DNA of 64,000 nucleotides from Macrostomum hystrix (taxonomy: Eukaryota > Animalia > Platyhelminthes), in the NCBI GenBank assembly GCA_950097015.1, contig CATNEN010000003.1, forward strand, positions 14,136,001-14,200,000, given 5' to 3'. The notes under the pieces are model-generated. The model did not search any database. It was not told the origin of the DNA and saw only the letters and a program-made list of their open reading frames with translations. Position numbers and translations under genes: made by a program. Positions within the stretch are counted from its first letter, which is position 1, and the number at the start of each line of letters is the position of its first letter. This document shows, piece by piece, positions 63,168 to 64,000 of this stretch.

Positions 63168-63864
63168 CATAAATCTACCAATTCGGATTTCATAAAAGAT
63201 CGCGGTAGTTTAATATGCATTCTATGGTAAAAAGTCCTCGGCCACTTTTAATGGTCCTCGGCTCGCTTCGCTCGCCTCGTGACCATCAAATGCAGGCTCG
63301 GACTTTCTAACCCTAGAATTCGCATTAAACATCCATGATCTAATACTTGACTTTAAAAAAACTGAGAATAACATTATATTAACACAATCAACGCAGTTTA
63401 AATTGAACACGTGTGTTATAAATAAGCTCTATATTTTCTACTGCTATACGTTAAAAGGCCCAAAAATGTGTTGACTGAAAAAACTTATCGAAGCACTTTT
63501 TTTCTTACTTCTAAAAATGATTACTAATAGTAAATTGAGACAAACTTGATGAGAATAGATTTCAAACTTTCGCGTGAGTAATAATAGACCAGCGGATCTA
63601 GGATAGAATGATTCAAAAGCGAGCTAATTTAAGTGTGTACAAATTTTAGTTTTGCATGCGTTTGAACTATAAAATTCTATAATAGTGTCGTTAGTACTGG
63701 GTCGTACTGAGAATTAAAGATCTCAATAAATTCTGATTGGATTTCTAATCATCAAAATGAGCATGCTCAAAGTCTACAAATATTACCTTGGGAGTTAGCG
63801 ACGCCGGATTATAAATATGGCTCAAAATTGAACATTTCCAGTTTCAAATAGAGCATAAAAGACT

Positions 63865-64000
63865 GACAGACAGACAGGTAGATGGAGGACAGACAGACAG
63901 GTAGATAGAGGACAGACAGACAGGTAGATAGAGGACAGACAGACAGGTAGATAGAGGACAGACAGACAGGTAGATAGAGGACAGACAGACAGGTAGATAG
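63865..64000 (+). repeat. 23-bp minisatellite GACAGACAGACAGGTAGATAGAG, truncated by the window end
   Basis: Direct reading. Confidence 0.92.

Overview
This is eukaryotic, metazoan genomic DNA, with no prokaryotic operons or CRISPR. Roughly half of it is mini/microsatellite arrays with units of 4-24 bp, each array different; the density resembles Macrostomum-like flatworm genomes, but the organism is inferred. Almost all long ORFs in the track are artefacts of these arrays. One real gene can be reconstructed on the minus strand: a secreted FGF-family ligand (FGF8/17/18-like core) of about 600 aa with a long basic C-terminal extension. Its exons are 51450-51165, 38696-38533, 38102-37188, 36868-36486 and probably 36448-36379. 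The first exon (signal peptide plus the first FGF strands) and its promoter are tandemly duplicated, with a second intact copy at 57352-57067, giving two candidate alternative N-termini. Each copy is bracketed by oppositely oriented arrays of the same 16-bp minisatellite. The window also holds tRNA-derived SINEs of two families, a Charlie-type hAT MITE carrying that minisatellite, a decayed IS630/Tc1-superfamily transposon inserted into the end of a decayed Crypton (tyrosine recombinase/DUF3504) element, small foldback elements and LINE debris.
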